NCBI GenBank assembly: GCA_963771355.1
Contig: CAVYTA010000005.1
Coordinates: 1-64,000, forward strand
Direction of reading: 5' to 3'
Length of the DNA: 64,000 nucleotides
Origin: an uncultured Candidatus Rokubacteria bacterium
Lineage (GTDB): Bacteria > Methylomirabilota > Methylomirabilia > Rokubacteriales > CSP1-6
Position 1 is the stretch's first letter; every line of letters starts with the position of its first letter. Of the stretch, positions 9,483 through 21,156 are shown piece by piece. A program made the translations under genes and the position numbers. A model generated the notes under the pieces. It did not search any database and had not been told where the DNA came from. It saw only the letters and a list, made by a program, of their open reading frames with translations.

Positions 9483-11063
9483 CTAGTCGACGAGCGAGAA
9501 GAGTCGCCACTCTCCAGGCATACCCTTCAGCGAGTGCTGCCCGCGATCCTCAAAGCGCGCGTCCGATCCGACGACGATGTCCTTCACCGTGCTGGACACC
9601 AGGATGTCACCAGGGCCGGCGAGTCCCTGGATTCGCGCCGCGACGTGCACCGCCATCCCCGTCAGCGTGCGCCCTTGCAGCTCGCATTCGCCAGTGTGTA
9701 TACCGGCCCGGATGTCGATACCGAGACGCTTCACGGCCTCTCGTGCTGCCCGGGCACATTCGAGCGCGCGCGCAGGGGAATCGAAGCGGACAAAGAACCC
9801 GTCGCCAGCCGTGTCGACCTCGATGCCTTCGCACCGCGCGATCTCGGCACGCACGGCATGGTGATGCTGCGAGAGCACAGCCCGCCAGCCGGCATCGCCC
9901 AGACGCCGGGCATGCTCGGTGGACCCGACGATGTCGGTGAAGAGCAGCGTGGCGAGAATGCGCTTCACCTCGCTCACCGTCTGTTTCTGACGCTTCGAAG
10001 AGTCGATGAGCTGCGCGACGCCCTGGGCGGACGCGGCCAGCTGGCCATCCGCGTCGTACACGTCGATGTCGGCGATGGCGAGCCCTCGACCACGGATCAT
10101 GCCCTTCGCCTCGGCACGCAGGAGTCTGCCGTCGGCCGGAACCGCCCGGAAGAAGGATGTCGAGTGGGCAAGGCCGGCAAACGACTGGCCGGGCTGCACG
10201 AGCAGCAAGCCGGAGGTGCGCGAGGCGAAGTTGGCCAGCGCTGCGATGGCGCCGGGCGCCACGCAGCGAGAGAACCGGCAGAGCCACTCGGTGGCGGGCA
10301 TGGTCATGGCCATGGTCACCGCCCCTTGGTGTTCGTCGATCGCCTCGATCCGGCATCCGGTCAACTCCGAGAACGGGGTGAGGAATCGGCCGTGCAGGTA
10401 CGCCTGCAGGAAGGCCAAGCCACCTTGCTCGTCGAGCATCTCCGGTGGAGCGAGCCTGCTCCGGACGGCGCGCAGATAGGGGTCGGGTGTCGGGTAGGCC
10501 GCTTCATCCACCCGACGAAGCTCTGAAGGCGGCGGTGGCGGGGACGGTTCCACCTGCCGGACCTCGCAATGGCTGGTTCCGTGCGCAACCTTCCGCCCCT
10601 GAGGATCCTCGACCTCGACCTCCACGAACACAAACAATCGGCTGGCGTTGACGACGCGCGCGCGAGCCAGCAAGTTGCCGGCCTGAGGACGGGTCGGCCG
10701 GAAATAGTTGAGCGCCAGCGAGACCGGTTCAACATCCAGGCCGGGTGTGAGCGTGGTCATCGCCACTCCGGTGACCGCAGTTTCGGCGAGCATCGAGACC
10801 TCGAGCTCTCCCGTGGTGATCGACGACCACCCCGTTGCCGGCATCACCCAGGTTCCAGACCCTGGCCCCACATGGCCCGCCCGTATTCCCAGTAGACGGG
10901 CGATCGGGGGAGAGGGCAGCTGAGACTGCTCGAACGCCCGGATGCGGTCGATTCCGGGCAACGCCCAGAACCAGAGAGGCGGTACGTGCCCTCGAACGGC
11001 TTCGTCGACGATCACACCGATGTCTCCATGGACCTCATGCAGGGAGGCGGCCGACTGACCCAC
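9483..11063 (-). CDS. Tandem PaaI-type hotdog domains fused to a class III nucleotidyl cyclase
   Basis: Two hotdog-like repeats ('LNYFRP...ARARVV...VEVEDPQGRKVAHG' and 'SFFRAVP...IDVYDADGQLAASAQG'), then cyclase motifs 'LLFTDIVGST', 'TAGDGF', 'IRAGIHTGE', 'AVHVAARI', 'LKGMPGEW'. Start codon uncertain. Confidence 0.85.
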   Translation of the reverse strand: MGQSAASLHEVHGDIGVIVDEAVRGHVPPLWFWALPGIDRIRAFEQSQLPSPPIARLLGIRAGHVGPGSGTWVMPATGWSSITTGELEVSMLAETAVTGVAMTTLTPGLDVEPVSLALNYFRPTRPQAGNLLARARVVNASRLFVFVEVEVEDPQGRKVAHGTSHCEVRQVEPSPPPPPSELRRVDEAAYPTPDPYLRAVRSRLAPPEMLDEQGGLAFLQAYLHGRFLTPFSELTGCRIEAIDEHQGAVTMAMTMPATEWLCRFSRCVAPGAIAALANFASRTSGLLLVQPGQSFAGLAHSTSFFRAVPADGRLLRAEAKGMIRGRGLAIADIDVYDADGQLAASAQGVAQLIDSSKRQKQTVSEVKRILATLLFTDIVGSTEHARRLGDAGWRAVLSQHHHAVRAEIARCEGIEVDTAGDGFFVRFDSPARALECARAAREAVKRLGIDIRAGIHTGECELQGRTLTGMAVHVAARIQGLAGPGDILVSSTVKDIVVGSDARFEDRGQHSLKGMPGEWRLFSLVD

Positions 11064-11179
11064 CGTTGCTCTGAGGGGGCAGAATAGGGGATGGGCGCGT
11101 GGCTCCGCAAGGCGCCACTCAGGTGCTGACGGGTCCCACTACCCTTGCGATGCTGGAACCCGCTTGCGAGTCCAGTTCG

Positions 11180-11662
11180 TTAGCTCGCCCGGCGGATCAA
11201 CTTCTCGATTGAAGTTGGAAATCGCGTCTGAAAGTCCAACAACTTGGCCCAAAGCGGCGTGATCTTAATACGAGCCATCTGCTTGTACATCGCGCGCACC
11301 TGCGCCTCAAAAGCATCCCACTGGTCGGGTCCGACACCCTTTCTAGATGCAGCGAGGTATTCGGGCGGTACGCCATCCACTATATCGATGGCGGCAGTAC
11401 CTCGCACGAGCAAAACATGCGGCGGGAAAGCGTTCGTATCAACGGTGAATGCCACCTTCGGATTTGTTTTCAGTGCCGAAACTTTGGGCGCGTGCGGAAC
11501 CGTACAAAGCACAAACTGACTACCGTTCCAGTGGAAGCCAATCGGGATCGCGCGCGGAAATCCGTCCGGTCCGAGGTATGCCAACCGCGCCGGAATACTG
11601 GATTGCATTAGCTCTTGTGCCAGCGGATCGCTAAGCACTCGAGTGACATCCTGTGGTTGCAT
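11180..11662 (-). CDS. Pyridoxamine 5'-phosphate oxidase family protein
   Basis: 'ARLAYLGPDGFPRAIPIGF', 'KVSALKTNPKVAFTVD'; visibly lower GC. Confidence 0.85.
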   Translation of the reverse strand: MQPQDVTRVLSDPLAQELMQSSIPARLAYLGPDGFPRAIPIGFHWNGSQFVLCTVPHAPKVSALKTNPKVAFTVDTNAFPPHVLLVRGTAAIDIVDGVPPEYLAASRKGVGPDQWDAFEAQVRAMYKQMARIKITPLWAKLLDFQTRFPTSIEKLIRRAS

Positions 11663-12057
11663 CCTAGCCTCCCTCCGGTCTCAGTTGTACTGAATGTACC
11701 GAAAATCGCCAAGAAAACGAAGCTGAAGAAGACAGCGTAACCTGACGCCGGCCAGGAGGTCTGCTCCGGCCGGTGAAGGGACTCGCGTTCGCCTTGCGGT
11801 TCAATGGCGGCGTGTCTGGTCGAAGGGGTTGAGGGGCCCTTGACCACGGGGCTGCGGCGGCGCAGGATTACGCGGGGTCAGAGGCCGATCGTCGTGCCGA
11901 CACGCCCTTCTCGCCCTTGAGGTGCGGTTGCCTGCGATCCCCCGGGCCGGGCTCGGGTTCCGAGTACGAAGTGTTCACCGCCCGGTCCGCGGCGTGCTTA
12001 TATTCCTTAAGCTTCTGAGACGCTCGAGGCATACCGGCGGCAACAGTGGAGGCGCAG

Positions 12058-13269
12058 ATGCCCACCCAGGTAGGGGTCGGATACAGCGAACACGCGAAAT
12101 CCCATGAGGCAGGAGCCGAGGCCGCTCGGGCCGCTCTCGCGGATGCCTCCCTCGCCTCGTGCAATCTGGTCCTTCTGTTCGGGACAGAGAAGCATGATCC
12201 CGAGCGATTGCGCGACGGAGTCCGCGAGGTAGTCGGCTCGGCACCGAGGCTTATCGGTGGGTACTCGATGGGTATCATCTCGAGGGATCGGCTCGGCTAC
12301 GATGGACACCAGGTAGGTGTCGCCGTCATGTCGTCAGACTCCGTGAACGTCGACATGTTCATCGAGACTGGCCTGGTGGGTAACGAGCACAAGGTCGGGC
12401 TCGCGCTCGGTGAGCAGATCAAACGAAACCGCTACGCGGGCTCACCCAATATCGTGCTCATGTACGACTCCGTCATCCGTTCGGCCGCGCAGGGTCTGGA
12501 GCTGAACATGGCGACGCCGCTCATCGAGGGCATCGCCGAGGCGATCGGTACCTGGCCGCCTACCGCCGGCGTGGGCATGATGGGCAGCATGCAGTGGAAC
12601 CCCACCTTCCAGTGGTTCGACGATCGCATTGAGCAGCATAGTGCGATGGCCCTCGTATTATCGGGCGCCGCGCGAATGGACACGATCATCATGCACGGCT
12701 GCCGACCCGCCGGCAGCTACCACACGATCACCAAGGCCGAGGGACCGCTCGTCCTGGAGATCGACGGCAAGCCTGCCCTCGATGCTATCGCCCACCTGCT
12801 CGGGCCCGACAGCGACAAGAGCTGGGAGGACTACCCGCTCTTCGTCACGCTTGGCGTGAACAAAGGGGACAAGTTCGGTCAATTCAAGGAGGAGGACTAC
12901 GCGAACCGGCTCGTCATGGCCGTCGATCAGGAGCGGCGGGCACTGGTCATGTTCGAGAACGATCTCAAGCAGGGCTTCGAAGTCCAACTCATGCGGCGAA
13001 GCATCGACTTCGACTACATCAGCCGGCGAACTGACGAGCTTCTTGGCCGCCTCGGGGGCCGCACCCCATTCTTCGCCCTCTACATCGACTGTGCGGGCCG
13101 CGCGAGCGCCTACTGTGGCACCGAGCGGGAAGAGGCCGCGGAGGTCCAGCGCGTCATTGGATCTCGTGTCCCTCTCCTCGGGATATACGCCGGAGTCGAA
13201 ATCGCCATGGTCGGCGGAGACATACAGGCCCTCGACTGGACGGGCGTTCTCTGCATGTTCAGCGAGTGA
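12058..13269 (+). CDS. FIST N+C domain sensory protein (NosP-like)
   Basis: 'HGCRP', 'ITKAEG..VLEIDGKPA', 'YIDCAGR', 'PLLGIYAGVEI'; RBS GGAGG. Confidence 0.88.
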   Translation: MPTQVGVGYSEHAKSHEAGAEAARAALADASLASCNLVLLFGTEKHDPERLRDGVREVVGSAPRLIGGYSMGIISRDRLGYDGHQVGVAVMSSDSVNVDMFIETGLVGNEHKVGLALGEQIKRNRYAGSPNIVLMYDSVIRSAAQGLELNMATPLIEGIAEAIGTWPPTAGVGMMGSMQWNPTFQWFDDRIEQHSAMALVLSGAARMDTIIMHGCRPAGSYHTITKAEGPLVLEIDGKPALDAIAHLLGPDSDKSWEDYPLFVTLGVNKGDKFGQFKEEDYANRLVMAVDQERRALVMFENDLKQGFEVQLMRRSIDFDYISRRTDELLGRLGGRTPFFALYIDCAGRASAYCGTEREEAAEVQRVIGSRVPLLGIYAGVEIAMVGGDIQALDWTGVLCMFSE

Positions 13270-13278
13270 CGGCTTCCC

Positions 13279-14630
<1,352 letters not shown>

Positions 14631-14634
<4 letters not shown>

Positions 14635-15605
14635 TGGACCGCCGCGCGTTCCTGGCTGGTGCTGCCGCGCTCCTCGCCGCGTCGCGCGCCGCCGAGGCGC
14701 AGCAGGCGAAGGTCGCCAAGATCGGGTATCTGACCGGTAGTTCCGTGGGCCCCCTCGATGCATTCAAGCAGGCATTGGGTGAACACGGGTACATGGAGGG
14801 ACGAAACCTCGCGATTGAGAGCAGATCAGCTGAGGGAAGAGTTGAGCGGCTTTCCCCTCTTGCCGCCGAATTGGCTCACCTCAACGTCGATGTGTTCCTG
14901 GTGACCGTCAACAGAGTCGCCATGGTCGTGCGAGAGGCAGCGCCGAAGACCCCCATCGTGATGACGCGTGCCGAGGAACCAGTTCGCCTTGGGCTCGTCA
15001 AGAGTCTTGCCCGGCCGGGTGGCAACATCACGGGGATCGCGATCGTGGCCGGCGCCGAGATCTATGGCAAGAACCTGGAGTTGCTGAAGGCGGTCCTTCC
15101 CGGCAGGGTGCGCATCGCGGCTCTGTTCAATACCACGTCTTCCGTCAACGCACTCTGGTTGAAGGCCACTGAAGAGGCGGCGGGCAAGCTGGGGGTGAGA
15201 CTTGTCCCGACGGGAGTCCGCAGCCCGGAGGACTTCGAACAGGCATTTGTGCTGATGAAGCAAGCGGAGGCGACCGGCTTTGTCGTCCTTGGTGAGCCGC
15301 TCTTCTTCGGGCCCAACAGCCGACGGGTCAACGATCTAGCACTACGGAGTGGACTGGCTTCCATGTGGCCCCTTCGAGCTGGGGTAGACGCAGGTGGCCT
15401 CATGTCTTATGGCACCCCCGTGCCCGACTCGTATCGCAGCGCGGCTGCCTACGTCGCCAAGATTCTTCGGGGTGCCCAGCCCGGTGATATGCCCATGGAG
15501 CAGCCCACGAAGTTCGAGTTGGTGATCAACCTGAAGACCGCTAAAGCTCTCGGCCTCACGCTTCCGCCGGCGCTCCTACAGCGGGCTGATGACGTGATAG
15601 AGTGA
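14631..15605 (+). CDS. ABC transporter substrate-binding protein (ABC_sub_bind family, Tat-like leader)
   Basis: 'MDRRAFLAG', 'SLARPGGNITG', 'EQPTKFELVINLKTAKALG'. Confidence 0.9.
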
Positions 15606-15814
15606 CCGACCGCCGAGCGTTCCTTGCCGGTTCGGCCGCGCTGCTTGCCGTGCCGCTTGCCGCCGAAGCACAATCGGCAGCGAAAGTTTACCGCGTTGGC
15701 CTTGTCTTCCCCTCGCCCCCGGTCGGCCTACGAACTGCGCGACGGCGCCGCATCTGGATCATCACCAAAGCCGATCGCTCCGCGACCAGTACCCTGGTGC
15801 CCGAGGAATACTGA
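15602..15814 (+). pseudogene. Chimeric remnant: N-terminus of a second ABC substrate-binding protein joined to the C-terminus of a small mobile-element-type protein
   Basis: 'MTDRRAFLAG...AKVYRVGLV' stops abruptly, then 'SAYELRDGA/RIWIITKADRSATSTLVPEEY*' with a 1-nt shift. Confidence 0.65.
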
Positions 15815-15869
15815 CAGTCTGATGGGCCCTGTTTAAGAACTGGAGGCTGAGGTCGCCAGTGTCCTTCGG

Positions 15870-16247
15870 TCACTCTCTCCGAGGCTGGAATAGTTCGACT
15901 GGGTTCCCCGATGGGTCGTCGAGGACGATTTGTGATCCACCCGGCCCAGTCACGATGTCATTGCGAAAATGAACACCGGCTGTGCGCAGCCGCGCAACCT
16001 CGGTGGCGATGTCTTCCACGATCAGGTGAATACGATTCCACCCACCGGGCGCGGGCTGCCGGCCATCGGGCATTGGCCGGCCGGCGGAGCTTGTCGGTCC
16101 GCTGAGCAACAGCCGGAGATCACCGCGCGCGACATCGGCAAACGCTGGCAGCGTCTTGGAGAGGAGCGTGAAGCCGAAGTGGGTCGTGTAAAACGCGATC
16201 GCGGCTTCGACGTCGTTGACCATGTACCGAACGTTCACGCTCGTCAT
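15870..16247 (-). CDS. VOC/glyoxalase family protein
   Basis: 'VRYMVNDVEAAIAFY', 'DDPSGNPVELF'. Confidence 0.9.
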   Translation of the reverse strand: MTSVNVRYMVNDVEAAIAFYTTHFGFTLLSKTLPAFADVARGDLRLLLSGPTSSAGRPMPDGRQPAPGGWNRIHLIVEDIATEVARLRTAGVHFRNDIVTGPGGSQIVLDDPSGNPVELFQPRRE

Positions 16248-16359
16248 CGCCGCTTCTCCCTGGCTCTCGTTAAGTAGGCCGTGATGCTCTGGATTGAAGT
16301 GCTGGTCGGTGGCGTCAGCCATAAGTCGGCACGAGCATTGTGGCGGTGCGCCGTCCGTC

Positions 16360-17163
16360 TCAAGCCATTCTGATGTAAGCCACGCCGAGAGCCACGAGAG
16401 CGAGCGAAAGGACCAGTTCATATCGCATTCGCAGCGGAGGCGCGAACTTGTAGACGAGGACGACGATGCTCAGGATTACCGCCCACCACAGACTGGACAT
16501 CCCGAGAAGGACCATGGCCACCATGAGCGCCCCACTGCATCCAATGCAGCTGAGGCCGTAGCGCGTGCCTGCGACCGCGGCGCTCCGCATCAGGTTGAAG
16601 GGAAGCGGCCCATGCAGCGCGCACAGCTCGCGGCAGCGGGCCTGGCTCGCCCGTTTGATCGGGCTGACGGAGTAGACGCCGGCCAGAGCGAGAGCCACTC
16701 CAGCCACCAGAGCCTGGTTGGGCCAGGGCATTCTGAGGGCGGTGTAGAGCGCATAGCACACCGCGCCAAACATCAGCCATACGCCGAGGTACGTACCCGC
16801 AAGCACCCCAGTGGCGACCTGCCATCCGCGTCGCCGTTCGGCCGTTCGCGCGAACTCGAGAACCACCGGGATCGCCGAAGGCAGCATCATCGCCGCCATC
16901 ATCACGGCCCAGGTCGCGGCGAAGGACTCGAGGGGGCCGAGGCCCATATCCATTCCGTCCATTTCGGCCATGGAGCGCGAGTGCTGAACCATGAAGGCCC
17001 ACGCCACGCCGGCGACAGCGAGGACGACCAATGCGGCCACCGTAGGTTTGGCCAGCTCCTGTCGGGCGTCGAGGGCCTTCATCAGGACTCGGCACGCTGG
17101 ACAGAATCCGCCCGGCCTTGCTTGCCGGACGAGCCCGATTGCCAGAAGGAGCCGGCCGTCCAT
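16360..17163 (-). CDS. DUF2182 predicted metal-binding integral membrane protein
   Basis: 'WAVMMAAMMLPS', 'YGLSCIGC..ALM'; TGATG overlap with the upstream DUF899 gene. Confidence 0.85.
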   Translation of the reverse strand: MDGRLLLAIGLVRQARPGGFCPACRVLMKALDARQELAKPTVAALVVLAVAGVAWAFMVQHSRSMAEMDGMDMGLGPLESFAATWAVMMAAMMLPSAIPVVLEFARTAERRRGWQVATGVLAGTYLGVWLMFGAVCYALYTALRMPWPNQALVAGVALALAGVYSVSPIKRASQARCRELCALHGPLPFNLMRSAAVAGTRYGLSCIGCSGALMVAMVLLGMSSLWWAVILSIVVLVYKFAPPLRMRYELVLSLALVALGVAYIRMA

Positions 17164-17882
17164 CAGTCCTGATACTCGTCGCGACGGCGAACCCACCCAC
17201 CCGCGCCCGAGTCGCCCTCATCGCGGCCTTTCGGTACGAGATCCATGTAGTGATAGGCGACGTTCAACATGTCGAGCCCACGCTCATAGGTCGAGTACGT
17301 GTGGTAGATCTGGTCGGCGTCCTTCACGAACACGCTGATGCCGGGGCCCTCAGTCAACCCCCACGGGCGGAGCCGGTAGTTGTAATCGATCTTCTCGGCC
17401 CCATCGGTGAAAGAGACGCGATAGTCCAAGTTGAAGTCGCTGCCGAGCGATGACAGCCACGGGAAGCCCCAGCCCATCCGTTTCTTGTAGGCGGCAAGCT
17501 TCGGGTGGGGAGCCCGTGAGACCGCGGCCACCGTGATGTCGCGGTGGTTCAGGTGGACGGTGATGCCGTTGAAGTTGTCCATCCAGAAGGAGCAGACGAA
17601 GCACGGCGCGTCGGCTGTCCAGGGCGTATGCGGGCCCGCGGTGTCGGGATGGAACATCGCGTGATAGATGACCAGCTGGCCGCGTCCCCCGAAGACGTCG
17701 CTGAGCGTCTGCGTCCCGCTCTCGCCCTGAAACGTGTATTGCTTTTCGACGAGCTCCCAGGGCAATTCGCGACGCTCCCGGCTCAGCTGGTCGCGCATCC
17801 GGGTGAACTCCTTCTCCTTCGCCAGGTGCTTCTTCCGTGCCTTGAGCCACTCGTCGTGTTTCACCACCTTGTGAGCAGGCAT
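17163..17882 (-). CDS. DUF899 thioredoxin-like protein
   Basis: 'EWLKARKKHLAKEKE', 'CFVCSFWMD', 'YHTYSTYERG', 'PKGRDE'. Confidence 0.9.
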   Translation of the reverse strand: MPAHKVVKHDEWLKARKKHLAKEKEFTRMRDQLSRERRELPWELVEKQYTFQGESGTQTLSDVFGGRGQLVIYHAMFHPDTAGPHTPWTADAPCFVCSFWMDNFNGITVHLNHRDITVAAVSRAPHPKLAAYKKRMGWGFPWLSSLGSDFNLDYRVSFTDGAEKIDYNYRLRPWGLTEGPGISVFVKDADQIYHTYSTYERGLDMLNVAYHYMDLVPKGRDEGDSGAGGWVRRRDEYQD

Positions 17883-18147
17883 CTGGGCCCTCCTTGTCGA
17901 GCTCTCTGGACGTGGGTCCTCACGAGTCCGAGCAACCGCAGGTTCTCCTGGCCAGCCTGCTCACAGACTGCTGAGGAGTCAAGCCGAAGGACGCGGAAGC
18001 CCCGCTTGGTGCCAGCAATGACTCGGCCGGAATCGGTTGCGTGCCGCCGCCTTCGGCCTCATCATGCTGGCTGACCCCTGCTAGGGCCAGGCCCAAGCCC
18101 CGAATTACCGGAGCGTGGGGCCAGACCCGACCACCGCCAGAGGTCCC

Positions 18148-18318
18148 ATGGTGTTCAAGACCCTCACCGTGCGCAAGGAAGGGTCCGTGCTGTTCGCGGA
18201 AATCGGAGCACCCCCCATGAATCTTCTGGGGCCCGAACTGGTCCGGTCCAGGTGGTCGTGTTCAAGAGTGCCGAGCGTGACTACTTCATCTCCCACGTCG
18301 ACGTGACCCGGATCAAGC
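18148..18318 (+). pseudogene. Enoyl-CoA hydratase/isomerase N-terminal remnant
   Basis: 'MVFKTLTVRKEGSVLFAEIGAPPMNLLGPELV', then in another frame 'VQVVVFKSAERDYFISHVDVTRIK'; the rest is missing. Confidence 0.65.
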
Positions 18319-18400
18319 CTGGGAACAGCCGCAACTCTTCTCTGAAGAACTCCGCGCGCGTTCCGATCGCTGCGGGGATCACCTTGAAAGGACGAAAGGA

Positions 18401-18808
18401 ATGTTCATGAAAACGACTCGAATCATGGCAATCGCGGCGCTGATCGTCACGACCGGCCTGGCGCTCTACGTGGCGCAGGCGCAGCAAGTGGGAGGCCGGC
18501 GCATCGATCTCCAGCGGCACGACCTGAGCGTCGCGGGCCGGGAGGTCGTGCAGACGATCGTCGAGCTCGCGCCGGGGACGACGGCCCCCCGGCACTGGCA
18601 TCCGGGCGAAGAGATCATCTATGTCCTCGAAGGCACGTGGGAATACACGGTGGAGGGCAAGCCGCCGGTGACCCTCAAGGTCGGGGACGTCCTGTTCATC
18701 CCGGCCGGCACCATCCACTCGGCGAGGAACGTCGGCACCGGCCGCGCCGCGGAGCTCGCGACATACATCGTCGAAAAGGGGAAACCGCTCCTCATGCTGG
18801 CCAATTGA
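18401..18808 (+). CDS. Secreted cupin domain protein
   Basis: Signal peptide; 'HWHPGEEIIYVLEG', 'IPAGTIHSARN'. Confidence 0.9.
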   Translation: MFMKTTRIMAIAALIVTTGLALYVAQAQQVGGRRIDLQRHDLSVAGREVVQTIVELAPGTTAPRHWHPGEEIIYVLEGTWEYTVEGKPPVTLKVGDVLFIPAGTIHSARNVGTGRAAELATYIVEKGKPLLMLAN

Positions 18809-18897
18809 CGCGATCAGCAGATGAGGGCAGTGGAGAAGAGGTCGTCCTCGGCAATGAAATCGCGCATTTGAGCGATGGACGTGGTGGCTGGAGCGGC

Positions 18898-18927
18898 TGT
18901 CGATCTGGTCGAGCGTCATTCGACTAA
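18898..18927 (+). promoter_or_regulatory. ECF42-type promoter TGTCGA-N17-CGACTAA upstream of a VOC gene
   Basis: Same boxes and spacing as at 35765-35794 (minus strand). Confidence 0.7.
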
Positions 18928-19010
18928 CCCCAGAGAGAGCCGAATCGGTGACGAGAAGGCATCGTGGCCGACACAACCTACGTACCCGTAGACCCAAGAG
19001 GAGGTAAGAA

Positions 19011-19496
19011 ATGACCAAGGCCAGCCAGCCCATTCCACCCGGCCACGAGGGCTTGATTCCCCACCTCGTGTGCGACCCGTGCGCGGCCGCGATCGAGTTT
19101 TACAAGAAGGCCTTCGGCGCCCAGGAGCTCAATCGGGCTCCCGCCCCCGACGGGCGCCGGATCATGCACGCCGCCATGCGGATCGGCAGCGGCGTCGTGT
19201 TCCTCGTGGACGATTTTCCGGAGTTCTGCGGCGGCAAAGCCTCGTCGCCGAAGGCGTTGAACGGCACGCCGGTCACCATCCACCGCTATGTCGAGGACTG
19301 CGACGCCGCGATCAAACGGGCCGCGGACGCCGGTGCCACCGTGCAGATGCCCCCGGGCGACATGTTCTGGGGCGACCGCTACGGCGTGGTGACCGATCCG
19401 TTCGGCCATAGCTGGTCATTCGCGACGCATGTCAGAGATCTGACGCCCGCAGAAATGGAGGCGGGCATGAAGGAGGCGTTCGCGCAGCATTCGTAG
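19011..19496 (+). CDS. VOC (PhnB-like) protein
   Basis: 'AAIEFYKKAFGA', 'DMFWGDRYGVVTDPFGHSW'. Confidence 0.9.
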   Translation: MTKASQPIPPGHEGLIPHLVCDPCAAAIEFYKKAFGAQELNRAPAPDGRRIMHAAMRIGSGVVFLVDDFPEFCGGKASSPKALNGTPVTIHRYVEDCDAAIKRAADAGATVQMPPGDMFWGDRYGVVTDPFGHSWSFATHVRDLTPAEMEAGMKEAFAQHS

Positions 19497-19633
19497 GGTC
19501 GAGGGATACTACCGCGGCGCGGGGGCGGGAGCTGGCCGATAGCGCTCGGCGACGGAGACCTTCACCGGCCAGTCCGTCTCCAGCCGCGGGTCGCTTCCGC
19601 TTCCCACCGCGTGAAGCACGACGTTCAACGGGC

Positions 19634-20548
19634 TCAAGATCGACGACCGCCGAACTGATCCGCGTGAAGCGACACGAAGTCCCGGACGCTCATCGCCGGC
19701 CGGCCGGTCACCCGCTCCACGCCATCCGTCAGCCGGTCATACCGACCCGCCCGGTGCAACTCGGCCATCGTCAGCAGATGCTGGGTCAGGTGCTCCGGCA
19801 CCCCCGCCTTCTTCAGCTGACGTTCCCAATCCTCGGGGGGAATGTCGGCGTATGTGACCTCACGGTTGAGCGCATCCGAGTACTCCCGTGCGACCCCGTG
19901 CATGTCCTGCGACCGCGGACCGGTGAGCTCGTAGAGCCGGCCCAGGTGCGGCCGCGGTTCGGCGAGGACGGTAGCGACGACCCGAGCGACGTCTTCCGCG
20001 GCGACCGGAGAGGTCTTGCCGCGCTCGAACGGCAGCTCGATGCGGCCTCGGTCGCGAACGGTCGGGCCGGCAAGCGGGTAGAAGGTCTCCAGGAACATGG
20101 TCGGCCGGATGGTGACGACGGGCAGGCCGGACCACGCGAGTGCCTGCTCGCTGAGCCAGTGCTGCCGCTGCTGACGGCTCGGGGTGGTGTTCTGGATGCT
20201 CATCTGGGAGACGGTCATCTGGGACATGTTCACCAGGGCGTCCACCCCGACTTCCCGAGCGACCGCCGCCATGGTCACGGTCGCTTCCAGGTACCCGGCG
20301 GACACGGACATGCCGAAGTAGACTCGCCGACAGCCGCTGACAACCCGATAGACGTCGGCCGGTTCGAGAAGGTCTCCCACCACCACCTCGGCGCCGGCGG
20401 CCCGCAAGCCCGCCGCCCGATCGTCCTCGCGGCGGACCATGGCGCGAACCGGAAGCCCGCGATCGAGGAGCAGCCCGGTCACGGTGCGCCCGACCGCGCC
20501 CAGTTGACCGGCGGCCCCGGTGACGAGGATCGCCCCGTTGTCGGCCAT
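19634..20548 (-). CDS. NmrA-like NAD(P)H-binding protein
   Basis: 'ILVTGAAGQLG', 'YELTGP'. Confidence 0.88.
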   Translation of the reverse strand: MADNGAILVTGAAGQLGAVGRTVTGLLLDRGLPVRAMVRREDDRAAGLRAAGAEVVVGDLLEPADVYRVVSGCRRVYFGMSVSAGYLEATVTMAAVAREVGVDALVNMSQMTVSQMSIQNTTPSRQQRQHWLSEQALAWSGLPVVTIRPTMFLETFYPLAGPTVRDRGRIELPFERGKTSPVAAEDVARVVATVLAEPRPHLGRLYELTGPRSQDMHGVAREYSDALNREVTYADIPPEDWERQLKKAGVPEHLTQHLLTMAELHRAGRYDRLTDGVERVTGRPAMSVRDFVSLHADQFGGRRS

Positions 20549-20664
20549 GCGATTCCCAGCCCTTTCTTCGAGCTCCTGGTCGCCTACACTGTGTACATGC
20601 GTCTTATCGTGTCGGCGTGAGCGATGCAACCTCTTTGAGGAGTGACACCGCAATGAGAGTGGAC

Positions 20665-20997
20665 ATGTTCCCTGAACACATGCTGAGCGTGCGGGCCACG
20701 GTGGAGCCGGGCCGGGAGACCGAGTTCAACCGATGGTACGACGAAGAGCACGTCCCGGATGCCGTGCGGATGCTCCCCGGCTGCATGGGCGCCGCGCGCT
20801 ACAAGGTCGTGCTGGGTGACGGCTCGCATCAGTACATGGCCCTCTACGCCTTCGAGAGCGCGGCCAAGCTCGCCGACGCGCTCAGCGGCCCCGCGATCAG
20901 GGAGCTGATCAAGATCTACGACCGCGACATCGGCGCCTTCTCGACGCGCGTGCGCACGACCTACGAGCGAGTCCTCCTGCACGCGAAGACCTCATAG
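20665..20997 (+). CDS. EthD/DUF4286-like dimeric alpha-beta barrel protein
   Basis: 'EFNRWYDEEHVPD...PG...ARY...YMALY'. Start uncertain. Confidence 0.75.
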   Translation: MFPEHMLSVRATVEPGRETEFNRWYDEEHVPDAVRMLPGCMGAARYKVVLGDGSHQYMALYAFESAAKLADALSGPAIRELIKIYDRDIGAFSTRVRTTYERVLLHAKTS

Positions 20998-21071
20998 TCG
21001 CGTGGGGGCATACAGCCCGGTCTCGTCCCTTTCGGCGCCACCTGAGCTCACTGGGTCGCCTGGGGAATCGC

Positions 21072-21110
21072 TTGACAGGAAACCGTCGATTTGATAACCC
21101 TTCCCACTAA
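21072..21110 (+). promoter_or_regulatory. Putative sigma70 promoter with overlapping Fur/Per-type box
   Basis: TTGACA at 21072-21077; TGATAAC-C-CTTCCCA (21092-21106) matches 10 of 14 positions of TGATAAT-N-ATTATCA and overlaps the -10 position. Confidence 0.45.
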
Positions 21111-21156
21111 CGGTTCGATCCGATCCGCCCGGTAGCCAGGATTTCGAGGTTAGGCG

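Noticed and set aside
17163..17882. Further Sec candidates among redox genes (DUF899, AhpC/TSA at 53551, CMD at 9099)
   Set aside because: All have ordinary Cys codons and uninterrupted frames.
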